A program made the translations under genes and the position numbers. From Amphiscolops sp. MND2022 (taxonomy: Eukaryota), in contig OZ076409.1 in NCBI GenBank assembly GCA_964187785.1, positions 30,010,001 through 30,074,000 of the forward strand: 64,000 bases of DNA, in the 5' to 3' direction. Under the pieces are notes generated by a model. The model was not told where the DNA came from and did not search any database. It was given only the letters and a program-made list of their open reading frames with translations. Positions 40,019 to 52,202 of this stretch are shown here, in pieces. Every line of letters starts with the position of its first letter. Within the stretch, counting starts at the first letter, position 1.

Positions 40019-41089
40019 AATGTACCCTGCCTCTATTCAACTTTCTGTCTACTGTTGGCGGATTGTTCGAGTCTCGTCATGCAAGTTGAAATTATGAATC
40101 GTCTGCAGGTTGCAATGAAGTACAACGTAAAAGAAAACAAAACATTGCTAGCTGTTTGTTCAAATCAGACAAGACAAAAGTGTTCAAACTGGCTTTTTAC
40201 CGACTGCCACGTTTAGCCGATTTCAGCAGTTGATTCAAGGCCCATCGGCTGCAACTTTGTATAGAATCTTAGACATTCTCAATGACGGATACGGAAGCAT
40301 CGACACTACTAATTTGTATTTTTCGATTGACAATTCCAAAACTATGGAAAGTTTGCATAGTTTATGAGGAATGAAATTTGGCATGAGTATAATCTTCAAG
40401 CCAGTGTTGCCTTGTCAACGTCAGCCAGTGCTTGACAGGAAAAATTGTTCAAGTATCAAAATTGAGCAGTCAGGTGTAAATAAATTGGGTCATTGTGTAC
40501 ACTGACATGTTTGCACTATCAATTATTCATCTGAACGCTGGTCACGCTTAGTAGCAAATTTTGATTACATGATGAAAGTGCGCCGTTAGATTCAAACAAA
40601 TTGAATCATTGTGTTGTGGCATTTTAACGCTGTCATTAAATCATCTGAATGTTGCGCATATCGTGACAGTGTGACGGATGCAATCAAACCTTGAAAAAGT
40701 AGGAGTATCAGATTCACGATACTCGGAAACGAGAGATGAAATTTCATGCATGTAAATTTAGTTCTATGCATGTACTGTGTAGCCAATGAGTCAGGTCAGA
40801 TATTGAGATATAGTACTCCAGGGTACAAGCGTCGTTTACTCAATGATTAATAAGACTATATACTCAACGATTAAACTGCAACACATACTTTGTTTGCCGT
40901 TGCAAATTTAATTCTTCCTTTTCACCTCCGTCAAGCAACTCGTTCCAACAAGTTCTTTCAAGACTCAAAACGTCACTGTAGAGCAAAAACTTATAAAATG
41001 TGCCCACTCATACACATTATATTTTGGTTGTTCCAAAATCCAATGGCGCTTAGTGTTGAGCAGAATCATAGCGTATAGTGTTGGGTAGC

Positions 41090-41338
41090 ATGACAGACTT
41101 GGAAAATTTAGAAAGTTACTGGGATATTAGAAGTATCCCTGAATCACCACAAGAAGCTTCATGTTATCTGTCGCCAAAGATTGCCGACACAAATCCAGAG
41201 CAAATTGCTTGTGACAGTCCAATCAAATCAGAAACTGACCCAATAAAGGAATGCCCGCCAGCGCCAAAGAAATATAGAGTTAAAAAATTCAAAAGGGAGG
41301 CAATGCAAATAGCTAAGCTTGATCTCGCAGACGTTTGA
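41090..41338 (+). CDS. Small hypothetical protein with SP sites and a CPPAPKK motif
   Basis: ATG-initiated intact 82-aa ORF with protein-like composition. Confidence 0.4.
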   Translation: MTDLENLESYWDIRSIPESPQEASCYLSPKIADTNPEQIACDSPIKSETDPIKECPPAPKKYRVKKFKREAMQIAKLDLADV

Positions 41339-41711
41339 CAAACTTTCATGATGTGATGTTTTATAACTCGTTTGTTTGTATCTTCGTTCAAATCATTGCT
41401 TCAGTTTTGTATATCAGTTCATTCTGTAATACATTTTTCAGCTATTCTTTTCCCTAATGCCTAACTTGATCACCTCAGAAGAGTAAATTTGTGCTACTTT
41501 GAGTACTTGAATCCCTAAAGATTGATTACAGAAAATTGATTTTGCAGCTTGTCTCAACAATCCGACAGTGGGTGAGTAAAAATAGCCACTTGTTGATTCT
41601 GAATAACCCTTCACTTATAATCACTTTTCTATGTAAAGCCAACTCTTTTCAGAAAACGAAAAGTTATCAGAAAATATTTTGGATAATAAATTTTACAATG
41701 TTAATTTGAAG

Positions 41712-42278
41712 TCATCTCTTTTCAGATTTTTTTCGTTGAATACAAACTCCAATGCGTAGCATTGATTGTTTTTCGAAGAATTGATCGATGGTCTCAGTGA
41801 AAATTGAATTATTCATGACTCGCTCGACGTAGCCAGCTGGAGTGATTTTCATCTGTCTCCTGAAAGTTTTTTCATCTTTGCTCTTGTCGTCTTTCAAGTA
41901 CACTGACAAGATGAAAGCACCTTTCAACTCCTTTTTGTTTGGATCCACCAATTCTACAGAGACCGATAAGTTTTCGCCGAATCTTGTCTCCAGCATTGGC
42001 TCCAGAATAAGTTTGAACGTTACCTCAATTTCTCCCACGTGTTCAGACTGAAGGTTGAAGCAAGACTTTGCGAGAGTTTTACTATAGATACACAATTCAG
42101 GTTCTTGCTCACTGACGATAATAGCTGCAAAGGCCGTGAGGTGCTCGACCGCTTCCTTGTCAATTTTTATCATTGCCATGCATTCTCTAGTACAAGTATT
42201 CGTCAATTTGGGCGTGCGAAAACCCACAGTCGAGTCCGAAAGAATATCACATAATTTTGTGTGTCCACCATCAGGCAT
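41712..42278 (-). CDS. Hypothetical 188-aa protein, possible MATH-like beta-sandwich
   Basis: Intact ATG ORF in AT-rich DNA, with the strand pattern FKLILEP / LSVSVEL / KGAFILSV / GY / LRIGVCI. Confidence 0.5.
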   Translation of the reverse strand: MPDGGHTKLCDILSDSTVGFRTPKLTNTCTRECMAMIKIDKEAVEHLTAFAAIIVSEQEPELCIYSKTLAKSCFNLQSEHVGEIEVTFKLILEPMLETRFGENLSVSVELVDPNKKELKGAFILSVYLKDDKSKDEKTFRRQMKITPAGYVERVMNNSIFTETIDQFFEKQSMLRIGVCIQRKKSEKR

Positions 42279-42465
42279 TGTCTGAAGTAGAGCGGATTTT
42301 TTTAAAACTAATTTTTAAGGTCCGTGTTCAATATAGTTCTTTCAAACATTTGGATACGACAATCTATTTTCGTTTTTTTCGATATGAACCCGAACTAATT
42401 TTGATACCCATTTTCCAGTTTCACTGATAAACGAGGTGACAATATGTCTTGAATAACATCTTTCT

Positions 42466-42594
42466 AGGCATGCAGTCTAACCAAGCCATCTACTATATTT
42501 TTCAAAATAGGCATGCAATATAACCAAGCCATCTACTAAATTTTTCAAAATAGGCATGCAATCTCACCAAGCCATCTACTATATTTTTCGAAAA
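42466..42594 (+). repeat. Three tandem copies of a 43-bp unit between divergent ORFs
   Basis: taggcatgca.t.t.accaagccatctacta.atttttc.aaa occurs three times. Confidence 0.92.
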
Positions 42595-42614
42595 ATCTTT
42601 TTCCGAGTTTCTCA

Positions 42615-43250
42615 ATGGAAAGCAAATCTGCAACTTCAAGTTTGTCAGAGCCGCGAAACGCTGAGGACCACTTGGGTCTCAACCAAAATGAAGAACCAAT
42701 TGCCTGTTTCAACAAATTGCGAGATGAGGTTCTCTGCTTGAAAACACAAATCTCTTAATTGCGAGTAGTTTAGTTGTCACTGGCGAAAAAGTTCCCCATA
42801 CTCAATGTAAAAGTGTTCCAGTACATCCACTCAATGCAACTTATTACTGCCGGGATGCGAGAAGAGCTATCCGAACTAAGGAATGAGATGATTGAAAGGA
42901 AAAACGAATATACTGTCTGTGAAACAAGGAAAACCTCTGGCTCTACAAATCTCGAGTCAAAGGATTGGACTAAAAGAAAGTAAACTTCAGTCTAATCTAT
43001 TCAATGCAGCAAAAAGCAGTGGCAAAATCAAGGAAAAGTCAGCAAGCAGTGGCGAAATCAAGGAAAGCAGCTCGGATGTTAAAGCTGTGAAATGACAGTC
43101 TAAACAAATATGTCATGAAGCATCAAAACGAATTGACTGAAAGATACTCAAAAAATTGTCCCACTTGAGCAATTTTCTCGCCATTTGCTCGAGCGTATAA
43201 AAAGTCTGGAATGTGGCCGTGATGGGTCAGTTGTTTGGAAAATCAGTGGC
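42615..43250 (+). pseudogene. TRAF-like fragment (coiled coil plus first MATH strand), cut off at the Gypsy junction
   Basis: Ends LEQFSRHLLERIKSLECGRDGSVVWKISG, matching the TRAF-N/TRAF-C boundary motif DGxxxWKI. Upstream segments are coiled-coil-like with stops. Confidence 0.55.
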
Positions 43251-44528
43251 TTGTTGGTCCTCATCGACACACTTAGCTAACATTTTCAGTAGGGTGCGGT
43301 TCATCCTTTCACAGACTGCATTGGGTTGTGGGTGAAAGGCTGTTGTCCTCGTCTTGTCAATTTCTAATCACTGCAACAATGTCGCGAACAGTTCAGATTC
43401 GAAGTTAGGTCCTCGATCAGTATGGATGCTGAGCGGACATCCGAAGCGACAGATCCAATGTTGCAAGAGCGCATCGGCTGTTGTTTGTGCCGTCCAATGA
43501 CCAGAGGTGAGAGAATCAGGCATGGAAGTAATCCCTGCCGAGACAAGCGAAGGAGGAACTATTTGTTGGAGATACGGTGAATGATTATCTCGGGGATAGA
43601 ATTTACGACACAGAACGTCATTGCTGATGTACAGACTGTCCAGTTGGTTGTACATTTGCCATCCCAGTCGTGGATGCCCAGTAAATCTGTTCTGGTAGGG
43701 ATTTCATTGTTTTTGACCCAACGACGAACGTGTTTGAGTGTCTCGTCGGCTCTCTGTGCATTGGCCATAGGACTGACTTGAATGTAATCAGGGGGCGTAG
43801 AACTAGCGGCTGGTTTGGGTGGCTCCATGAAATAAACAATTATTTGGATGCTGCAACCACGGAATGTCTCCTTGATCAGCTGTCGTGCCAAATCCCAATC
43901 AAGTCGTTCCAGGCTTCCTATGCAGGGTAGGCTAATGGCACAAACACCGTTCGTTGTGGCGTGGACTCGCATAAACTCGAGAGAAGCGCGTAATGTGCCA
44001 TAGGTCATCTTCGGAGTGGTGTTTCGACGGGTGACTAAGTGATAGATGTAACGCCTTGTCTGAGGAATCCATTGAGGCCAAAGAGGTTGGATTGTGTGGT
44101 CTAGGTTGGTAGGGTAATTGGTTGGATAAAGGTTGAGGAGACGCTGGACGAGTGTGCTGGTGATAGCAAAGTCAGCAGATACACAATGGGCAATCGACGT
44201 GTTTGCATCAAGTACATTGCCCACTAGTTCTTTGTAATGCTCATGATCAGTTTTAGTCCCAGGATTGATAGGACCAATGATCCCTGCAATTCTTGCCGCT
44301 TCTCGTTCAGCCCAGTCATCTGAGCATTCAGACTCGGTGTCTGCGGAGAAGTCTTCATCTACACCATTGACGGATGCTGGAGGGATCCGTGATAGGCCAT
44401 CAGCATGACCAATTGATTTTCCCGGACGATGTCGGACGTCGTAGTCGAAAGCAGCCAATTTTTCAGTCCAACGGGCGGTGATTCCATCCGGATCTTTGAA
44501 GTTGTGTAGCTACTGTGATCAGTCACGA
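43251..44528 (-). mobile_element. Gypsy/Ty3 pol fragment: RNase H end, macrodomain, partial integrase
   Basis: TDH..LHNFKDPDGITARWTEKLAAFDYDVRHRPGKSIGHADGLSR, then GCPLSIHTDRGPNFES and RTTAFHPQPNAVCERMNRTL. Confidence 0.93.
43829..44239 (-). other. TARG1/OARD1 (Poa1p-like) macrodomain within the Gypsy pol
   Basis: GNVLD..SIAHCVSADF, RYIYHLVTR, TYGTLRASLEFMRVHATTNGV, ISLPCIGSLERLDW and IIVY follow the OARD1 motif order. Confidence 0.85.
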
Positions 44529-46073
44529 ACATTCAATTCTTGATAGGGTAAAAGCTCCGTGTCTCGGTTTGAGGTATTCAAGAAGTACCATTGAAAACGA
44601 AGATTGGTGTAAGGTTCCTTTTCTGTTCATTTCAAGACAATCTTTAAAAAACAAAGCTTCTCGCTGGCGTGCAATTCTGTCAAAATGTATACTTTTCTCC
44701 AACCTGTCAAAGAGTTTTTCTAGTTAACAGGTAATCGAAAGGAAACCGCCGATTTGCAAGACATTTTGTCGCAAAAGTTGCTGAAATGTCTACTTCATCT
44801 ATTCTAATATCAGCTGAAATTACCTGAAAGCATATATTTGCTTTATCGTGTATCGGAGTTATCGTGTTTTTCAACCATCACTAAAATACTTGAACACAAT
44901 GAAATCTAGTTTCCATAGGCATTTGGATTTTGTTCTCCAATTGGGCGAAAACATTGCAAGGCTGTACAGCCTGATATGTAGGGTTTGATTTTGGAAAAGT
45001 ATCGATACAGTTTTTCGAAGATGAGAAAACAAGTAACTTGGATTATCTTCGCTCGATTTACATGATATGACCTAAAGGTAATTTGATCTAAGTCTAATTG
45101 ACTACTATCTGTTTTACTTTTTGCTTAGAAATCCAGTACTAAAATTGGCGCAGTGGATGTAAACTAGACCTGCATTTGATTACACACTGTTACATTGAAC
45201 CACAAAATACCCAAGAACTTAGATGAGGACAAAGGTTAGAAGTTTCGTTAGCGTAAAATGTTTCTCTTGAAAACCCAAAACTCGGTAATTTCTCAGGGGA
45301 TATCTTTGATCTGTCGTTCTAATTAACTGAAATACTTAACGCCTGGAAGCTTCGAATATGAGATGAATAGTATTAGTGGTAGACAACCGACTGGTAAAGT
45401 CTCGCTTGATGGGTACAAGAATCTTGCCATTTACAGCCTAAAACTAGACAAATAAAAATGAACCAAGATTTGTTAAGGTCTTAGAGTTCTATATTTGTTC
45501 TATACATTTGCTCAGTATGTATTTCTGTGAAATGCATAATTTGCTGCATATCAAACTTCAAATAAAGCGGCATAGCATTCATTCAAAGTTAATCAACCAG
45601 TGGTATAAAATGAGTTGACAAGTCATGAACACTCTTGACTTTGAAATTTTTATTTGCGATGACTGCCGGTGGAATCAGGTTTAGAAAAAGAATATTTCCA
45701 ATAGTTCAAATTTTGTTCTCTTCCACGGTCAAAAAATTGCTGCAAATTGCTGAAATACTCCAGTTGCAAACAAGTGTTCAGTTTTTTTCAAGATTTTCCG
45801 TGTCCTGAAAAAGTGATCACAGGACCTTTTCCACTCATTTTTGTTGATTGCAACGCTTCTAACAACATTTTTGAACGTTTCGCAACATTGGTGTTTTGTT
45901 TCGACAATTTTTGAATTTTTCGATTTTTTGCAGGTAGCATATAGATGGAGCGGGCTGTGTTTACTTTTTTGACAGTTTTTTCCGGGTTTCTGATGCCAAC
46001 GATGCGTTTAATCACATTTGGGAATGTTCGCCACTATTTATGTTTTTTTGGAAAAATCATTTTTTCAATTTTT

Positions 46074-47823
46074 AGGAGTCGTAAAAAGTTTTCGACAACT
46101 TATGCAATCGTGCTGTTTTTTCTTTTGTTTTTTTTCTCCCGACCTTTTCATGAAAATTTCAAAATTCTCAAAAACTGTCCATATGATTTTCACGAAATTT
46201 TGCACAGGCATTCTACACCCAAAGGGGCCCCTGCGTGTGCAAAGGCATCAAAATCGTATGGCTGGGTGAGTGGGGGAATCCCCAAAAATTGTTCTGAGGG
46301 ATGGGTAGGGCCCCTATCCCGAGATCGAGGGCGGAGCTAAATAACAACCATATCCAAAATGTAAACTTTTGAGTACGATCTCGAAAACTGTCTGTTTTCA
46401 GGATGGGGCTGAAACTTTGCACACGTGCACAACTCGATATTCTAAGCACTTTTTCTTCTGACGTTCTGCCTTTTTTCACTTTTCAGTTTTTTCTCAATCA
46501 TGACCTCATTACTTGTCTCAGATTTCTCGGAACGATTTCTGCCCAAATTACTGCTCAGCAAGACCGATTGGCCTATTTGCGGCAGTTTTAGCGGTCCAGC
46601 ATTGTCTGGTGAAGAAATATGTGACTTCGAACATTCAAAAAAATTTTCGACTCGACTTTTCTTTGTTCAACATCAGGCCGCCCAAAGGTAAGAAACTTCC
46701 ACACAACTTAGATTGCAAGTGGATGCATGTGGAAAGTACTCTGATAGACGAGAAAAATGGGCTATAGAACAACTCTCTATCTTAACCTGACTTTGACTTA
46801 TGATGTTTTGGATGTGCGATTGAGAAGTGTTAAAATTGTCAAAAAATGAAAATGGAAGACAAGTCTCATTGAAACATTATCGATAGACGTTCAAGAAACC
46901 GCAGAGCTGTTCAATTGACGTAGTATAGTGTACCAACACTCATCAATTTTTTTGACCTTTTTTAAAAAGTGTTGAAATCTGCATTAAGTATCAGTTAACA
47001 AGACATACTCAAGTACATTCTCATCTCTCCCCACTGTCGGAGGAGATGAAAATGTACACTTCGAAAGCCAAAATATGCTACCTTCTCAACTTCTTCAACC
47101 TCGTCAACCGACACGCAGAAGACACAAAACTGTTTCCAGTAACTCCATGATTTTTAGCTGTAGGTTCTGTAAAAAATCGCAGTGGTGATACAAAGTGATC
47201 CAAAATTGAATACATATAGTAAACCATGGAAATACTTTAAGAACATCTGTCATCGTGATCAACTTTTCGCACCCATCCACTAGCCTATCCTGTCAGGACG
47301 TGGCATCCGTCTTGGATGTGAGAAACATTGCCAAAATTAGCCCGAAAATGACCAAAAAACAGCCATTTTTCGACTTTTTTCGATTTTCTCAAAAACTGTC
47401 CATACGATTCGAACGAAATTTTCAATTTTCTACAGTTATTCTACACCATATTAGAGTCCTATATGTGCAATGGCATCAAAATCGTATGGCTGGGATGTGA
47501 GAAACATAGCCAAAATTAGCCCAAAAATGGCCAAAAAACAGCCATTTTTCGACTTTTTTCGCTTTTCTCAAAAACTGTCCATACGATTCGAACGAAGTTT
47601 TCTACAGTTATTCTACACCATATTAGAGTCCTATATAAGCAATGGCATCAAACTCGTATGGCTGGGATGTGAGAAACATACCCAAAGTTAGCCCAAAAAT
47701 GGCCAAAAAAGTCATTTTTCGATTTTTTTTTCGATTTTCTCAAACTGTTCATACGATTCGAACGAAAGCGTGTCAGAAGGAAAAAGACTTAAGCCGACTC
47801 CTTTACCGCATATGCGGCTCTGG
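46074..47823 (+). mobile_element. Helentron/HINE-like non-autonomous element inserted in the E2 right repeat; carries internal ~165-170-bp tandem repeats and an unrelated ~1.05-kb insert (46266-47313)
   Basis: 5' ggagtcg and 3' ccgactcc subterminal inverted repeats, a 3' hairpin ccgcatatgcgg, and insertion into a T-run. The empty site is at about 49755-49770. Confidence 0.75.
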
Positions 47824-48300
47824 TTTAACATGTAGAGCGTGGGGAGGGGGGTGTTCATATTTTCGGTAGTTTTTTGGGTTTCTCATGCCAATGATACGTT
47901 TCATCACATTTGTACCCTGACTTCCATTTCCCTGAATTTCCCCAGTCGAATCCGGGACTTGGCAAAAGTTTTTGAGAATTTCAACCCCCCGTGTTTAGCA
48001 CGGTCCCGTATAAAATCGAACTACTGTAATCAGAAACGTATTGATAGGAAATGGAAATACACAAAGTGTCATTTCTAAATCTGCCTCCATTGGGTTGGAG
48101 TGAAATATTTAGCGTATGTGTTAATAGATCCCATCCAAGAGACCAAAATTACACTGTGTTTCAGAAATTAAAGAGGTCTGATGTCAGTGAGTCATCAGTC
48201 CGTTGAAAGTTCTTCCAACAAGCAAAACATTTCCTGACAGCAAGTACCATTTATTCCATGTCAATGCATTTGTTAGTGCAATACTAGTCTTGCTGACATT

Positions 48301-50264
48301 CAAGCCAATCTTTAAAAACGAAGCTTCTCGCTGGGGTGCAATTCTATCAAAATGTATACTGTCAAATAGTACCAACCTGTCAAATAGTAGCTTTTCTAGT
48401 TTGCAGGTAATCGGAAGGAAACCGCTGGTTTGCAAGAAATGTTGTTGCAAAAGTTGCTGAAGTGTCTACTTCATCTATTCTAATATCAGCCGAAATTACC
48501 TGAAAGCATATATTTAGATGGTGGAGTTATCATGTTTTTCGACCATCACCAAAATACTTGAACACAATGAAGTATAGTTTCCATAGGCATATGGAATTTA
48601 TTCTCCAGTTGGGCGAAACCATTGCAGGGCTCTACAGCCTGGGATGTCGGTTTGATTTTGGAAAAGTATCGATACAATTTTCCGAAGATGAGAAAACAAG
48701 TAACTTGGATTATCTTCGCTCGATTTACATGATATGATCTAAAGGTAATTTAATCTAAGTCTAATTGACTACTATCTGTTTTACTTTTTGTTTAAAAATC
48801 CAGTACTAAATTTGGCGCAGTGGATGTAAACTAGACCTGCATTTGATTACACACTGTTTCATTGAACCACAAAATACCCAAGAACTTAGATGAGGACAAA
48901 GGTTAAAAGTTTCGTAGCGTAAAATGTTTCTCTTGAAAACCCAAAACTCGGTGATTGATGATTTCACAGGGGATATGTTTGATCTGTCGTTCTAATTAAC
49001 TGAAATACTAAACGCCTGGAAGCCTAGAATATGAGATGAATAGTATTAGTGGTAGACAACCGACTAGTAAAGTCTTGCTCGATGGGTACAAGAATCTTGC
49101 CATTTACAGCCTAAAACTAGACAAATGAAAATGAACCAAGATTTGTTAAGGTCTTAGAGTTCTATGTATTTCGACTCATTTGCTCAGTATGTATTTCTGT
49201 GAAATGCATAATTTGCTGCATATCAAACTTCAAATAAAGCGGCATAGCATTCATTCAAAGTTAATCAACCAGTGGTATAAAATGAGTTGACAAGTCATGA
49301 ACACTCTTGACTTTGAAATTTTTATTTGCGATGACTGCCGGTGGAATCAGGTTTAGAAAAGGAATATTTCCAATAGTTCGAATTTTGTTCTCTCCCACGG
49401 TCAAAAAATTGCTGTAAATTGCTGAAATACTCCAATCTCAACCAAGTTTTTAGTTTTTTTTTCATTTTTCGAGATTTTTCCGTGTCCTGAAAATGTGTTC
49501 ACATGACCTTTTCCACTCATTTTCGTTGATTGCAACGCTTCTAACAACATTTTTGAACGTTTCGCAACATTGGTGTTTTTTTCGACAATTTTTAAATTTT
49601 TCGATTTTTTGCATGTAGCGTAAAGATGGAGGGGAGTTGGGTGTGTTTACTTTTTTGACAATTTGTTCCGGGTTTCTGACGCCAACGATGAGTTTCATCA
49701 CATTTGGGAATTTTCTCCATCATTTCTGTTTTTTTTTTGGGAAAAAATCAATTTTCATTTTTTTAACATGTAGAGGGTGGGGGTGTGTTCATATTTTCGG
49801 CAGTTTTTTTGGGTTTCTCATGCCAATGATACGTTTCATCACATTTGTACCCTGACTTCCATTTCCCTGAAGTTCCCCAGTCGAATCCGGGACTTGGCAA
49901 AAATTTTGGAAAATTTCAAACCCCAACCTCCCCCCCCCCCCCGTGTTTAACACGGTCCCGTATAAAATCGAACTACTGACATCAGAAAAGTATTGATAGA
50001 AAATGGTAATACACAAAGTGTCATTTCTAAATCTACCTTCAATGGATTGGAATAGAGTGAAATTAATAGCGTATGTGTTAATAGATCCCATAAACCAAGA
50101 GACCAAAGTGACACTGTGTTTCAGAAATTAAAGAGAGGTCTGATGTCAGTGAGTCATCAGTCCGTTGAAAGTTCTTCCAACAAGCAAAACATTTCCTGAC
50201 AGCAAGTAACATTTATTCCATGTCAATACATTTGTTAGTGCAATACTAGTCTTGCTGACATTCA
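48301..50264 (+). repeat. Tandem duplication of the E2 right repeat plus about 280 bp of flank; terminus ACTACT at 49972-49977
   Basis: 48301-49977 matches 44631-48025 without the HINE-like insert, and 49978-50264 matches 48026-48303. Confidence 0.92.
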
Positions 50265-50286
50265 ACTGACTACTCAGTGCGGAGAG

Positions 50287-50397
50287 ATGGATGTTAATCA
50301 AATGCAGAATTTGCCGATTGACTTCAATTGGGTGTCAAAGGTTCCTCAATTTCTAGTCGAGGGTGCCCGAGCTGATCGCATGGTTCCTGTTGCCGAG
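50287..50397 (+). CDS. Phospholipase C-beta (PLCB4/norpA-like), first coding exon
   Basis: MDVNQMQNLPIDFNWVSKVPQFLVEGARADRMVPVAE followed by the donor gtcagt (phase 0). It resembles the PLCB4 N-terminus ([20 protein letters not shown]). Confidence 0.85.
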
Positions 50398-50699
50398 GTC
50401 AGTCTTATCTATGTTCCTTTTACGCAAATGCATTTTCAGTGCAGCAGTATTTAACGAAGACCGAATGAAAATTGTTTCCAGCCCATGTTTCATTTGGGAA
50501 AAGAAAATTATTCAATCGAAACTAAGATTTGTTAAAATAAGAAATGGAAAAAGTTGTCGGAAAGCTCGGATAACTGTTTCCACCCCTCCCAGTCGATATA
50601 TTGGGGTTCAAGCTTTGTCCTTTATGTAGTTTTATCTGTTGAATGAAACATACCGCACTCCTTAGGAACAAGAAAACCACGTATGCTTGAACAGTTTTT

Positions 50700-51078
50700 G
50701 GAGTCGGAAAGAATTTTCGACTACTTACGCAATAATACCTTTTTTCTCCCGACCTTTCAATGAAGTTTTCTAATTTCTCAATAACTGTCCATACGATTTT
50801 CATGAACTTTTGCACAGTCATTCTACAACCAAAGGTGCCCCTGCATGCGCAATGGCATCAAAATCGTATGATGTGCGAAACATAGCCGAAGTTAGTCTAA
50901 AAATGGCTAAAAACCAGTCATTTTTGACTTTCGATTTTCTCATACTTTTTATGGAGTCTTTCTACAACATATAAGTGCTTAATATGTGCATTTCCATCAA
51001 AATCGTATGACTGTGATTCGAGCGAGTCAGAAGGAAAAAAGACCTAATCGGACTCCCTTACCGCACATGCGGCTCTGG
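50700..51078 (+). mobile_element. Short copy of the same HINE-like family, in PLC intron 1
   Basis: ggagtcgg ... ggactcc followed by ttaccgcacatgcggctctgg, T-run flanks, and a body homologous to 46074-47823. Confidence 0.8.
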
Positions 51079-52202
51079 TTTCATACTGGTCGCGGCTTTT
51101 GCTAATGACAATTTTCAACGTTGTGGCAACCGCGCTGTGATCCGGTAAACAGAATTAAGCGATACATGCAATTCACGCTGATAGGAAATCTGAACAACAC
51201 GGGAACGTGTCAAGTCGGCGCTATACCTAAGGCTCAAAAAGCTCAAAGTTTTTGAAGTATGCTCAGGACGTTATGAAAAACCCACAAAAAGTTCCGAAAC
51301 TCGAAAAAGTGCTTTCTGTGCTCGTAAAACGCTTCAGAAATTCGGATATAGCGTGCTGGAACAAATGGGAGCACTTCTTTTTGAACCTCCGCCTTCTCCT
51401 TGGTAAACGCAATATAGTTTGGACGTGACGTCAAAAACTCGGATATAGCGCTTTACTTCAGATGTTACGCCAAAAATTCTGATAGTATTGAAAAAAGTTA
51501 GTTGATATATTTTGACAAAACGTAATATCAGACGAATAATGAGTAATTTGAACAGTCTCGTAGTGCCTAAACAATTAAAAGGGACATCCATTCTGTTTCA
51601 GAATATCACAAAAATTGTAGGGGGAGGACCCTGGAGACTTTAAATTTTCGAAAAAAAGTCTCAGTGCCGAAAAAATTGAAAGGACCCTTTAGTCTCGTCC
51701 GGTTATGTAGGTTACGTTAAAAAGTAAAAATGAAAGGGATCCTTTGCAATAACTTAGATGCGTTTCGCAGGTATTCGTTTAGTTGAACAAACTGAACAAA
51801 AATTTCGTCGCATTCGAGTCTGTCTTAAAAGAAAAAAGAGTGACTGTAATAGTCGGGCTTTTTCATTCTAAACGCGCTGACTAAAAACAAAATGATAGAA
51901 CTTTTAATATTCTAGATTCTACACTCTTAATTGAAGATTTTCTACGATCAGTTTTATTTGTTCGTTTGACTGTTTTGGATGCTTTCAGTGAAACTTGGGC
52001 CTGTACTTCTGCAGTATTCAAAGACTTTCCAAGAAATTTGTTTGGAAGTGTCAGAGTCACGGTAATAGTTTTGTATCTGCACATCTGACAGGAATTAATT
52101 GGTGTACTATTTGAACGTATTCGGAAGTTTTTGACTCATTTAAAATATTTTCAGTCCTGAGAATCAATTTCATTCAATACTTGAATACTTTTGTGTTAAC
52201 AG

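Larger units (their letters stand above)
36010..48025. mobile_element. Long-inverted-repeat element E2 (Polinton/Maverick-like terminus; no core genes seen)
   Basis: 36010-37510 is the reverse complement of 44528-46073 plus 47824-47983. The right end is a C-run, cgtgtttagcacggtcccgtataaaatcga, then ACTACT. The left terminal ~50-60 bp are missing at the junction with P1. Confidence 0.7.
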
